A DNA stretch of 64,000 nucleotides from the IMG/VR virus record IMGVR_UViG_3300046747_000117. One strand, given 5' to 3'. The translations under genes and the position numbers were made by a program. The stretch is from a virus. This document shows, piece by piece, positions 28,871-36,494 of the stretch; position 1 is the stretch's first letter; the number at the start of each line of letters is the position of its first letter. The notes under the pieces are model-generated. The model ran no database searches. It was not told the origin of the DNA and saw only the letters and a program-made list of their open reading frames with translations.

Positions 28871-29538
28871 GCCGGGAGACCCGCATGCGTATCTTTACGT
28901 ACCCGACGCCGGGCGACAGCGCCCAGGCCGATGAGGCCCACGCCCAGTAGCGCCAGCGAGGCCGGTTCCGGGGCGGCGGTGGTGGACGACGCCACGCCGC
29001 TGTAGGACGCCGAGAAACTCGCCAAGGTCGCGTTGTCCAGGGCGAGCGCGGGCGCCAGGTTGGACAATGACAACGTGAAGGTGTTCGGCGCGGCGAGATC
29101 CGCCGCCGCGATCACGCTGGACGTGAGCGAGAGGGTATCAGGCGGGTTGGCGACGTTGATGGACAATTGTTCGCCGGTCGCCAAACCAAACGCCGCGTCG
29201 GAAAACGTTCCGGAAAGGAAATTAGTTCCGGCGCCGCCTGCCAACGACGTGATGGCGAACGTCCCGCTGTAGTGCTGCAACAGCGCGGGACCGATGCCTT
29301 GCGCGGCGTCGATCGATGTCGCGTTGAGGTCGAGGAAGCCGGTGGTCGGCGCGTTGCCGAACAGTTGCGTGATCGAAATGGCGGAGTCGGTGGAGAGCGT
29401 GGTGGCCGTGCCCGCGCCGTTCGCGACCGCCGTCAGCGTGTTGGTGTCGGAAACCTGGCCGAACGCGATTATTTGTGTCGCATTCGCACTGACAGACAGG
29501 CCCAGGACGGCGACCGTGGCGAGGAGGAGGTTTCGCAT
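28867..29538 (-). CDS. PEP-CTERM sorting-domain protein
   Basis: Probable ATG 29538 (RBS AGGGG). Signal peptide MRNLLLATVAVLGLSVSANA and C-terminus APEPASLALLGVGLIGLGAVARRR. Confidence 0.9.
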   Translation of the reverse strand: MRNLLLATVAVLGLSVSANATQIIAFGQVSDTNTLTAVANGAGTATTLSTDSAISITQLFGNAPTTGFLDLNATSIDAAQGIGPALLQHYSGTFAITSLAGGAGTNFLSGTFSDAAFGLATGEQLSINVANPPDTLSLTSSVIAAADLAAPNTFTLSLSNLAPALALDNATLASFSASYSGVASSTTAAPEPASLALLGVGLIGLGAVARRRVRKDTHAGLPA

Positions 29539-29656
29539 GATGGTTCCCCTTGTATGTTTGGGGGAGTTTAATGCGCTGGCGGTGATCCGTCTCGCGAAAA
29601 CGTCACGTTGCAAAAACAGTGGGTTATGCCGCGAAACACCGAAACGACCGACATAG

Positions 29657-29674
29657 TGTAAAGCGCGCTTTACA
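29657..29674. promoter_or_regulatory. 18-bp perfect palindrome (operator candidate)
   Basis: TGTAAAGCGCGCTTTACA lies between the divergent PEP-CTERM and array C units. Confidence 0.55.
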
Positions 29675-29679
29675 TCGAT

Positions 29680-29720
29680 TTTCGCTGGAACGGCGGGCAG
29701 GAGCGGGCTAGGCTAGCCAT
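29680..29720 (+). promoter_or_regulatory. Promoter of array C
   Basis: TTTCGCTGGAAC-N17-TAGGCTAGCCAT, duplicated with identical spacing before array D. Confidence 0.7.
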
Positions 29721-30006
29721 TCACGGCGCGGCGCGGTGTGGCTTGGCGTGGCATGGCATGGCTTGGCGTGGCTGGGCGTGGCTTGGTTGGCCCGGGTCAG
29801 GCTTGGCGTGATTGGGCTTGCCGGGGCGTGGTGGGGCGAGGCCCGGCGTGGCAGGGCTTGCCATGGCCAGGCTGGGCAGGGCGGGCCGGGGCGGGGCGTG
29901 GCCGGGTTCGGCGAGGCATGGCAGGGCGGGGCCTGGTCAGGCTTGGTATGGTATGGGAGGCGTTTACGCCTCGGTCCCGTCCGGCTTCCCGCCGGGCGGG
30001 GCCATA
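29721..30006 (+). ncRNA. Stand-alone guide-like RNA C: 46 GGY-NN units (29725-29954) plus 3' double hairpin
   Basis: 41 of 46 units are GGY, in phase. Tail GAGGC-N6-GCCTC then GGTCCCGTCCGG-N7-CCGGGCGGGGCC. Confidence 0.75.
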
Positions 30007-30140
30007 AGCGCGGCTATCGCCATCCTCAACTCTTGGTTATGTCGTTTGAGGTCCGCGGCCACGCGTTCCAGGTCCGCGATCCTCGCCCGCAGCGACTCGA
30101 TGGAGTCCTCCGATGATGCCTGATCAAACACCGCAACCAT
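29964..30140 (-). CDS. Small coiled-coil protein overlapping the array C tail antisense
   Basis: Translated by hand: MVAVFDQASSEDSIESLRARIADLERVAADLKRHNQELRMAIAALMAPPGGKPDGTEA. Confidence 0.4.
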   Translation of the reverse strand: MVAVFDQASSEDSIESLRARIADLERVAADLKRHNQELRMAIAALMAPPGGKPDGTEA

Positions 30141-30274
30141 CCGCCCCTATAGTCACGGGCGAAGAGATAGCGAAATTCCTGGAGATTTACCGCATCCTCG
30201 CGCGGCCTGACGGGCCTGCGGAGCCGGTGGGCAAGGTCGAGACGTGGCTTGAGGCGTTGTCGCGCAGATGAACC

Positions 30275-30448
30275 TCATCGTCTCGCTTCTGCTTCGCTGA
30301 CTAGCCGGGCGAGCGTTTCCTCGAGCGCGTCAAGTTCGTCGCTGGCGGCGCGGAGGTCGTCCAGCCTCAGCATCAGCGTGACATAGGAGCTGTTCGGGAT
30401 GGAGGTGACGCGGGAGTCGAAGAGGCGGTGCAGGGCGACGATTTTCAT
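30275..30448 (-). CDS. Small hypothetical protein
   Basis: ATG 30448, MKIVALHRLFDS...EAEARR (57 aa), divergent from the array D promoter. Confidence 0.45.
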   Translation of the reverse strand: MKIVALHRLFDSRVTSIPNSSYVTLMLRLDDLRAASDELDALEETLARLVSEAEARR

Positions 30449-30458
30449 TGGCGACAAC

Positions 30459-30499
30459 TTTCGCTGGAGCGTTGGTCGGGTACCGGCTAGGCTAGCCAT
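30459..30499 (+). promoter_or_regulatory. Promoter of array D
   Basis: TTTCGCTGGAGC-N17-TAGGCTAGCCAT. Confidence 0.7.
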
Positions 30500-30705
30500 C
30501 CCGGCGCGGCCAGGCGGGGCATGGCGCGGCTTGGCGTGGTTGGGCTTGGCGGGGCATGGCGGGGCGGGGCCTGGCAGGGTCTGGCGCGGCGTGGCTTGGT
30601 TGGGCTTGCCCTGGCGTGGTTGGGCGCGGTTCGGCGTGGCTTGGCAAGGTATGGTGAGGCTCTCGTGCCTCGGCCCCGTCTGGCTTCCCCCCGGACGGGG
30701 CCATA
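30500..30705 (+). ncRNA. Stand-alone guide-like RNA D: 31 GGY-NN units (30503-30657) plus 3' double hairpin
   Basis: 30 of 31 units are GGY. Tail GAGGC-N6-GCCTC then GGCCCCGTCTGG-N7-CCGGACGGGGCC. Confidence 0.75.
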
Positions 30706-30708
30706 GCG

Positions 30709-30801
30709 TCAAAACACGGAATCCAACCATAGCCTGGCGATCGCCAAGCCCGCGAGCCACACCACGCCGCACAGGAGCGCCAGGGCAAGGGCGGTCCTCA
30801 A
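30709..30801 (-). CDS. 30-aa membrane peptide
   Basis: TTG start overlapping the upstream stop (TTGA). MRTALALALLCGVVWLAGLAIARLWLDSVF. Confidence 0.4.
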   Translation of the reverse strand: MRTALALALLCGVVWLAGLAIARLWLDSVF

Positions 30802-31061
30802 AGCCGGGTCAGCCCCTCGCGCGCCACCGCCTCGGCGGTCAGGCGGGCGTCCTCGACCAGGCCATCGAGGCACTCGGTCATGCGTTTGAGGTCGTCAGCG
30901 CGCCACGACAGCACCTCCCGGATCGCCTCGAAATCGCTCCGGACGAGCGCGACCAGGTCGGCGGCGTCGGGGTGGCAGGCCTCGATCAGCCGCAGCGTGC
31001 CGAGGCCGGCGGCGAGCCTGCCCTCGATCAGGCGGGCCTCGTAGTCCTGGGCGGTTTTCAT
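30798..31061 (-). CDS. Hypothetical early protein
   Basis: 87 aa with ATGA coupling in the leftward operon. Confidence 0.6.
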   Translation of the reverse strand: MKTAQDYEARLIEGRLAAGLGTLRLIEACHPDAADLVALVRSDFEAIREVLSWRADDLKRMTECLDGLVEDARLTAEAVAREGLTRL

Positions 31062-31348
31062 ACGCCGAATCCTCGCCTGGTCAGGTCATCTTCGTCCAGC
31101 GCCATGTCGGCGCGGACCTGGGCGGCGCAGGCGGCGCAATAGTGTTCCGTCTCGCCGGTCGGAAAGGTCACCGCCTCGGTGGCCGGGTCGTCGCAGCCGA
31201 TCCAGTCGCAGTAAATCCGCCGCTCGCCGACGCCGCCGCACGTCTCGCAGGCGATGTACCAGGTGTCGGGGTCGTTGCCGCCGTGGCGGCTCGTCAGCAC
31301 GGTGCCCTCGCCGTCGCACTCCGGGCATGTCAGGTCGAGCGCCATCAC
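31058..31348 (-). CDS. Zn-finger protein (CxxCxGxG repeats)
   Basis: CPECDGEG, CETCGGVG, CDWIGC and CAAC motifs. Confidence 0.65.
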   Translation of the reverse strand: MMALDLTCPECDGEGTVLTSRHGGNDPDTWYIACETCGGVGERRIYCDWIGCDDPATEAVTFPTGETEHYCAACAAQVRADMALDEDDLTRRGFGV

Positions 31349-31698
31349 GCGTCCTCCTCATCAGGGTCCAGGGGTTTGTCGTCCACGAGGCCGCGGATCA
31401 GCGCGATCACGTTTTCCAGTTGCTCGACCTTCGCCCGCAACGCTTCGATCTCAGAGCCGTGTCGGCGCTCGTAGTCGGCGTCGATGACGCGGTAGGAGAT
31501 CGTGAGGTAATGCTCGCGGCCACGGTCGAGGTAGGCCGGGTCGATCAGCGTGAAGCGGATGCCTTCGTCGCGAATGTCGGGACCCAGGACCCGGTCCAGG
31601 CCGTTGAAATAGTCCTGCGAGCGCGCCCCGGAGCGGGACGCGAAGCCTTGTTGATGAAAGGTGATTTTGTAGCCTTCGTCGCTGTAATGGCTGGACAT
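31345..31698 (-). CDS. Hypothetical protein with C-terminal coiled coil
   Basis: ATG 31698 coupled to the upstream stop. MSSHYSDEGYK...EIEALRAKVEQLE. Confidence 0.6.
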   Translation of the reverse strand: MSSHYSDEGYKITFHQQGFASRSGARSQDYFNGLDRVLGPDIRDEGIRFTLIDPAYLDRGREHYLTISYRVIDADYERRHGSEIEALRAKVEQLENVIALIRGLVDDKPLDPDEEDA

Positions 31699-31979
31699 CA
31701 GGCGTCCGCCTCGATCGTGACGGTGCGCCTCAGCACCGCGCCATGCGCCAGCAGATCCTCGACGGACCTCGGCAGGGCGTAGACCTCCGCGTCGGTCATC
31801 TCCGGCCACTCCGGCATCTGGTAGAGCGCGAGCGTGCCGGAGCCAAAGCCGCGCAACTCGTGGCGTAACTCAGCGTCGTCGTAAGTCAGGCACGCGCCGA
31901 AATCGGAGCCGCGCACCGTGCCGGTCTCGTCAACGACGGCGACACGAGTCAATTCGGTGATCGTGAGAATGTTGGTCAT
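31698..31979 (-). CDS. Hypothetical early protein
   Basis: ATG 31979 with RBS GGAG. MTNILTITEL... Confidence 0.55.
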   Translation of the reverse strand: MTNILTITELTRVAVVDETGTVRGSDFGACLTYDDAELRHELRGFGSGTLALYQMPEWPEMTDAEVYALPRSVEDLLAHGAVLRRTVTIEADA

Positions 31980-32005
31980 GGCGTGTCTCCGGGGGGGGTG
32001 GTGGG

Positions 32006-32299
32006 TCAGTCCATCGCGTGCGCGGCGTTGCTGCCCATCGGGGCGAGGAAGGCGAACGCTACGCGCGCGGCCAGCACCGCCTCTTTGTCGCCAGACGCGT
32101 AGGCCGCGGAAACCCGGTCGGCGGCGACCGCCGCTTCCAGGACGGGCAGGACGACGTGGTCCATGCGGCCCGGCGCGCGGGCTTCCTGGCGCGCGGCCCA
32201 CGCCCGCATATTGCTGGCGAAGTGAGCGAAATTGGCGGCGCGTGCGACATTACGCTGCGCGGGTGTCATGTCTGAGGAGATCGGCTGGAAAGTGGTCAT
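32006..32299 (-). CDS. Hypothetical early protein
   Basis: ATG 32299 preceded by the repeated ACCGCGAAGGACGCGA leader. Confidence 0.6.
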   Translation of the reverse strand: MTTFQPISSDMTPAQRNVARAANFAHFASNMRAWAARQEARAPGRMDHVVLPVLEAAVAADRVSAAYASGDKEAVLAARVAFAFLAPMGSNAAHAMD

Positions 32300-32466
32300 A
32301 TCTCGCGTCCTTCGCGGTTTTCGCGGGGTTTTTCCCGCCCCAAGGGTGTGCCACGCCGGAACACGCTTTGCCAGCATTTTTTCGATTAATCGTGCCACGC
32401 TTTTCGCATGCCTGGGTCGCGTCTGGGATGGGGCTTTTCGTGACACGCTCATGCTATGGTCGGACC

Positions 32467-32679
32467 ATGAGCAACAAGGACACGACGCGCTTCGCCAAGC
32501 GCATATCGGTTCGTATACCTCTGGACCTTCTGGAGGAGATCGAACGCATCCAGGCGCGCCATAACCTCGACCTGACGCGGGTCATAGTGTCGATGCTGCG
32601 TCACGGCCTCGACGTGTACAATCGGGAAGTCGCGGATCGCGCGGTTGGCCCCCGCCGCCGCGTGAGGGCGTGGGGGTGA
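32467..32679 (+). CDS. Ribbon-helix-helix (CopG/Arc-like) regulator
   Basis: KRISVRIPLDLLEEIERIQARHNLDLTRVIVSMLRHGL. Confidence 0.7.
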   Translation: MSNKDTTRFAKRISVRIPLDLLEEIERIQARHNLDLTRVIVSMLRHGLDVYNREVADRAVGPRRRVRAWG

Positions 32680-32758
32680 GCAAGCACCGCCCGCGTCGGC
32701 CCGCGCGCTGGCAGGCGACGGCACCGCGAGGCTGGTCGCCGGGCGCGCGGGCCAACCG

Positions 32759-33007
32759 ATGAAGCGGGACCACGAGGCGGCGCTGATCGCCGAGATGGCG
32801 CGCCAGTTGATCGCCGGGACGACCGAGGACGAGGTGACGGACGTGACCAAAAGCCTCGTGGATACGGTCTTCGCGGCCAAGAATGACGTGGCGTTGATCG
32901 CGCTGGCGATGGCGGTTTCGCTGTTCGCCAAGCACACCGCGAGTAAGCGTATGACGCCGGAGCGGATCGTGGCTCTCGTGATGGACCTGGTGAGGCGGCT
33001 GGCCTGA
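32759..33007 (+). CDS. Hypothetical protein
   Basis: 82-aa helical ORF in the rightward operon. Confidence 0.55.
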   Translation: MKRDHEAALIAEMARQLIAGTTEDEVTDVTKSLVDTVFAAKNDVALIALAMAVSLFAKHTASKRMTPERIVALVMDLVRRLA

Positions 33008-33301
33008 ATGCCCGCCGGGCTGCACGCCGACACGCTCCGCATGCCTTGCGCGCACTGCGGCGCCGGGTTCAGGTCCACCGTGATCGACAGCCGCGTCTGG
33101 CACGGGATGGTGCGGCGGCGGCGCCTGTGCAACGCGTGCAAATACCGGTGGTACACGATCGAAGTGCCGGCGGAATTGATCGAGGACTTCCCCGCGATCG
33201 TCGGCAGCCTGCGGGTCATGCGGCGCGACCTCGACAAGGTCGTGTCAACACTGGAACAGACCGCCGCCTGGGCCGAGTTGGGGGATGACGATGCCGCGTG
33301 A
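33008..33301 (+). CDS. NrdR-like N-terminal Zn-ribbon protein (no ATP-cone)
   Basis: CAHC...TVIDSR...VRRRRLCNACKYRWYTIE matches the NrdR CxxC..VIDSR..RRRRECxxC..RFTTYE pattern. Confidence 0.65.
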   Translation: MPAGLHADTLRMPCAHCGAGFRSTVIDSRVWHGMVRRRRLCNACKYRWYTIEVPAELIEDFPAIVGSLRVMRRDLDKVVSTLEQTAAWAELGDDDAA

Positions 33302-34055
33302 TGTGGTAAACTTCCAGTCCCTTACAAGAAACATCTGGGACTGGGTCAGTATGCAATCAACGTGGGTCAATGAGACCGTGGACAGGCGCATAAAACAACT
33401 CCGCGAGGCGCTGGTGTCTTACGGCAAAATCGCCCAAATACTTCGCGACGAGCGCGGGATCGAGGTCACCAAAAATCAGGTCATCCGGCGCGGGCGGACG
33501 CTCCAGGTCGCCACTGTCGGCAGTCCGCTCTACGGCCAGCCGGAGGTCGTTCCCCTTACCCCGTGTGAGGTGATTCCAGCGTGGCTCAGTCCCGAGGCCG
33601 ACGCGCTGTTCGTCATCGATTGGGAGCGCGGCTGCCGGGTCATGGACCTGTGTCGCCGATTCCAAACAAGCGATGACTCGATCACCCGGCGGCGCGCAAA
33701 ACTCGACCTTCTGCCGCGCTCCGGTGGGCCGATCCGGCCCATTGAGCCGGTGGCCACGCTGCCGCCGCTACCGTCGACACAAGAAGAGGAGGAACCAGTG
33801 ACCGCCCTGCCCATCGCCCTTGGGAGTTTCGCGCCGTTCAGTGTTCCGCAGCGCGGCGATCCGCCGCCCAGGCCCACCGTGCCGCCGATCAGGCCAGCCT
33901 ATGTCCCGGCCAGCCGGCGGTGCCAGTATCCTCTCTGGGGGCACCACGAGGCTCCCACGCAGCGGTTCTGCGACGCTCCGGTGATCGTGCGGTCCTATTG
34001 TCTGAGCCACGCGCAGCAATGCTACATCCGCGTGCCGAGGTATGACACGGCATGA
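33285..34055 (+). CDS. gcrA: GcrA-like cell-cycle regulator
   Basis: N-terminal W..E....L...L.SY..IA..L....TKNQVI and C-terminal CQYPLWG...RFCDAP..RSYC..H.QQCY. Confidence 0.75.
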   Translation: MTMPRDVVNFQSLTRNIWDWVSMQSTWVNETVDRRIKQLREALVSYGKIAQILRDERGIEVTKNQVIRRGRTLQVATVGSPLYGQPEVVPLTPCEVIPAWLSPEADALFVIDWERGCRVMDLCRRFQTSDDSITRRRAKLDLLPRSGGPIRPIEPVATLPPLPSTQEEEEPVTALPIALGSFAPFSVPQRGDPPPRPTVPPIRPAYVPASRRCQYPLWGHHEAPTQRFCDAPVIVRSYCLSHAQQCYIRVPRYDTA

Positions 34056-34231
34056 CCGGCCAACAGTGGACCGCCGAAGCACTCCAGCTACTCGACGTGC
34101 TGACGGAAATGGGCGAGCGGCTCGACGTGATTCAGTATCGGCTCTACCGCCGCCTCGGCTGGCGCCCGACCGCGGCCCAGATCCGCGAGGCGTTGCAGCG
34201 GGTGAGGGCTGGCGCGACAATCAGCGGATAG
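34052..34231 (+). CDS. Small HTH-like protein
   Basis: Translated by hand: MTGQQWTAEALQLLDVLTEMG...(59 aa), ATGA coupling. Confidence 0.5.
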   Translation: MTGQQWTAEALQLLDVLTEMGERLDVIQYRLYRRLGWRPTAAQIREALQRVRAGATISG

Positions 34232-34234
34232 TGG

Positions 34235-34263
34235 TTGACAGCCGTCCGACGATCCGCTAACCG
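34235..34263 (+). promoter_or_regulatory. Sigma70-type promoter
   Basis: TTGACA-N17-TAACCG, 7 nt before ATG 34270 (possible leaderless mRNA). Confidence 0.45.
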
Positions 34264-34269
34264 GCGCAT

Positions 34270-34485
34270 ATGATGAATGACACCGAATTGCTGCTTCTGA
34301 TGCAGAAGCGCGTCGACCAGGCAGGCTCGATCGCGGCCTGGGCGGCGGCTCACGGCCTCTCTTCGTCCTATGCTCACGACGTGCTGCGGAACCGCGCGCT
34401 GCCCGGCAAGCGGATTCTCGATGCACTGGGGGTGAGGCGGATCGTCAAATACGAATCCATCCTTGGGGAGCGCACCGATGCCTGA
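34270..34485 (+). CDS. Cro-like HTH regulator
   Basis: GSIAAWAAAHGLSSSYAHDVLRNRALPGKRILDALG. Confidence 0.7.
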   Translation: MMNDTELLLLMQKRVDQAGSIAAWAAAHGLSSSYAHDVLRNRALPGKRILDALGVRRIVKYESILGERTDA

Positions 34486-34672
34486 CCAGTCGTGGTTTCG
34501 CGACATTACCGGGTTGCCCTACGAGGTCGTGGAGCAATGCCCGCATCACGTCATGGAGCATTCGGATCATTACCGGGACGACGGAAGCTGCCGGTGCGAC
34601 GATCCGACAGATATCGCCATGGCCATTATCGGTTTTCGTTGGGACGCGCTTCAGCGGCGTTGGACCGACTGA
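34478..34672 (+). CDS. Small Cys/His-containing hypothetical protein
   Basis: MPDQSW...CPHHVMEHSDHYRDDGSCRCDD. Confidence 0.5.
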   Translation: MPDQSWFRDITGLPYEVVEQCPHHVMEHSDHYRDDGSCRCDDPTDIAMAIIGFRWDALQRRWTD

Positions 34673-34736
34673 CCGGGACGGCCCGGCTTCGTGAGGGCCG
34701 GGCCACCTCGAAACTCACACAAGGGAAACCTACTCA

Positions 34737-35279
34737 ATGAGTGACATACCACCCAAGGCACCGACTGGCTACCAGATCGAGAAAGTGATGTCCGCCTGGG
34801 AACAGGCGCGCGACCGGCTTTTGCTCGCCGACCCCTCCCTGGCCGACGATGAAGTCGCCCTCTACGAAGCCCTCGGCCCGGTCGAGGCCGACCGGCAGGC
34901 GTTGCTCGCGCGGCTGCTGCGGAGCGCCATACACGCCCGCGACATGGCCGAGCAGGCCACCAAACGACTGGAGGACCTCAAAGCACGTCAGGCCCGCTAC
35001 ATACGCCGAGCCGCCAGCGTCAGCGCCTCGGCGCTGGCGATGATGCAGGAGACCGGCGAGCGCCGCTTCGAATTGCCGGATCTCAGCGCCTCGATCAGGC
35101 GCAATCCCGAGAGCGTGAAACCGACCGACGAGGACCTGATCCCACCCGGCTACTGGGTGATCACGACCACACGCGCGATCGACAAGAACGGCATCCGGCG
35201 CGCCATCAAGGCGGGCGAGGCCGTGCCGGGCGCCGAACTGGTCGAGGGCGCCGAATCCCTCCAGATAAGGACTGTGTGA
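34737..35279 (+). CDS. Siphovirus Gp157-like protein
   Basis: C-terminal IDKNGIRRAIKAGEAVPGAELVEG..SLQIR, located directly before the recombinase. Confidence 0.75.
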   Translation: MSDIPPKAPTGYQIEKVMSAWEQARDRLLLADPSLADDEVALYEALGPVEADRQALLARLLRSAIHARDMAEQATKRLEDLKARQARYIRRAASVSASALAMMQETGERRFELPDLSASIRRNPESVKPTDEDLIPPGYWVITTTRAIDKNGIRRAIKAGEAVPGAELVEGAESLQIRTV

Positions 35280-36172
35280 TGAGCGATATCATCCCCGCCG
35301 CCAATGGCGGCGATCCGGACCCCGTGACCGCCCTGCTGATGCGCGCGGCCACCGACCCGGGGTTCGACAGCGCCAAATTCGAAACCGCGGTGTCGTTCCT
35401 CCGAGAGCGTGAGGCGACCGCCGCCCGGCGCGTGTTCAATCAGGCTGTTTCCGCCGCGCAGTCGCGCATGGACGCGGCGTTCAAGGACGGGAAAAACAGC
35501 CACCTGAACAACAAATACGCCACGCTCGATGCCTTGCTGAAGGTCATCCTGCCAGCGGTCACCGCCGAGGGGTTGAGCCTGCGGTTTGGCTCTCAGACCG
35601 CTTCGCAGCCCGGCTGGCAGTGCGTGACGTGCATTCTGAGCAAGGGGGACCACGAGGACGTGACCTCCCTGGAGGGGCCTGTCGGCGGGCAGGGAAGCGG
35701 CGGGCCGCGCGTGCAGATGACGCCGATTCAAATCACCGGCTCAACCACGACCTACCTAAAACGTTACCTTTTAGGAATGGTTTTCCCAATGATCCTCTCG
35801 GATGAACATGACGACGACGGCGAGGCCAGCCGGCGTGGGCCACGCGGCCCGATGCCAGCTTCTCGCCCCCCCGCGGTGGAGCGCGGTGGACCGCCGCAGC
35901 GTGAGACCGCGGCGCAGTGGCTCGACCGCACGGCGCTCGAATTCGCGGCGGCTGATACCTCGGCCCTGCCCGCGATGTTGGCGGCGCCGCGCATCGCCCA
36001 GATGCAGGGCTGGCTGACAAACGGCGCGCTCGACCGGCTGAATTACATTCTGGACCAGGCGCACCAGCGCATCGCGAAACAGGACGACGCGGACGAAGCG
36101 GAGGTGCCGCCGGAGGAGGGGGACCCGTTGTTCGCGCCCGGCGCGGACCCGTTCGTGGAGCGGGCGCCATGA
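35276..36172 (+). CDS. erf: ERF-family ssDNA annealing protein
   Basis: KDGKNSHLNNKYATLDALL...GSTTTYLKRYLL...DDDGE. Confidence 0.85.
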   Translation: MMSDIIPAANGGDPDPVTALLMRAATDPGFDSAKFETAVSFLREREATAARRVFNQAVSAAQSRMDAAFKDGKNSHLNNKYATLDALLKVILPAVTAEGLSLRFGSQTASQPGWQCVTCILSKGDHEDVTSLEGPVGGQGSGGPRVQMTPIQITGSTTTYLKRYLLGMVFPMILSDEHDDDGEASRRGPRGPMPASRPPAVERGGPPQRETAAQWLDRTALEFAAADTSALPAMLAAPRIAQMQGWLTNGALDRLNYILDQAHQRIAKQDDADEAEVPPEEGDPLFAPGADPFVERAP

Positions 36173-36230
36173 CCGACATCCGCGCCTGGGCGCTCGCCCA
36201 GCAAGCCGCCGCGCTGGCGGTTGAGATGCC

Positions 36231-36449
36231 ATGACGACCGAAAACTACCGCACTGAACGAGGCTCGCGCGTCGAGATCAGCGGCGAACATCGCGGTATTT
36301 CAGTGATCAATTGGGACTGGTTCGAAGAAGGCGCATGTATCGAGGCGCGGCCCGTCGCCGAGGTAAATTCGCGCGACGACCCACACCTCTTCTGGTCGTG
36401 CGATTGTTGCGGCGCCGGGCAGGCGCCGCTGATCCGGTGCGACCCATGA
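36231..36449 (+). CDS. Small hypothetical protein (CxxC)
   Basis: 72 aa with ATGA coupling. Confidence 0.5.
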   Translation: MTTENYRTERGSRVEISGEHRGISVINWDWFEEGACIEARPVAEVNSRDDPHLFWSCDCCGAGQAPLIRCDP

Positions 36450-36494
36450 TCCCGATCGGCGAACTGGGCGCCATGACGGACACCCCTCGGGGCG

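Noticed and set aside
29736-30123. Three overlapping ORFs over array C (AWLG/RGGA-type repeats)
   Set aside because: All frames are open only because GGY-NN rarely creates stops. Promoter and hairpin features indicate an RNA gene.
25591-30657. Classical CRISPR array or simple microsatellite
   Set aside because: No 20-50-bp repeats with unique spacers. Unlike slippage microsatellites, the NN positions are diverse while phase is perfectly kept.
30399-31142. Long ORFs crossing array D on both strands
   Set aside because: Same artefact. Only the short coupled minus-strand ORFs outside the array look real.
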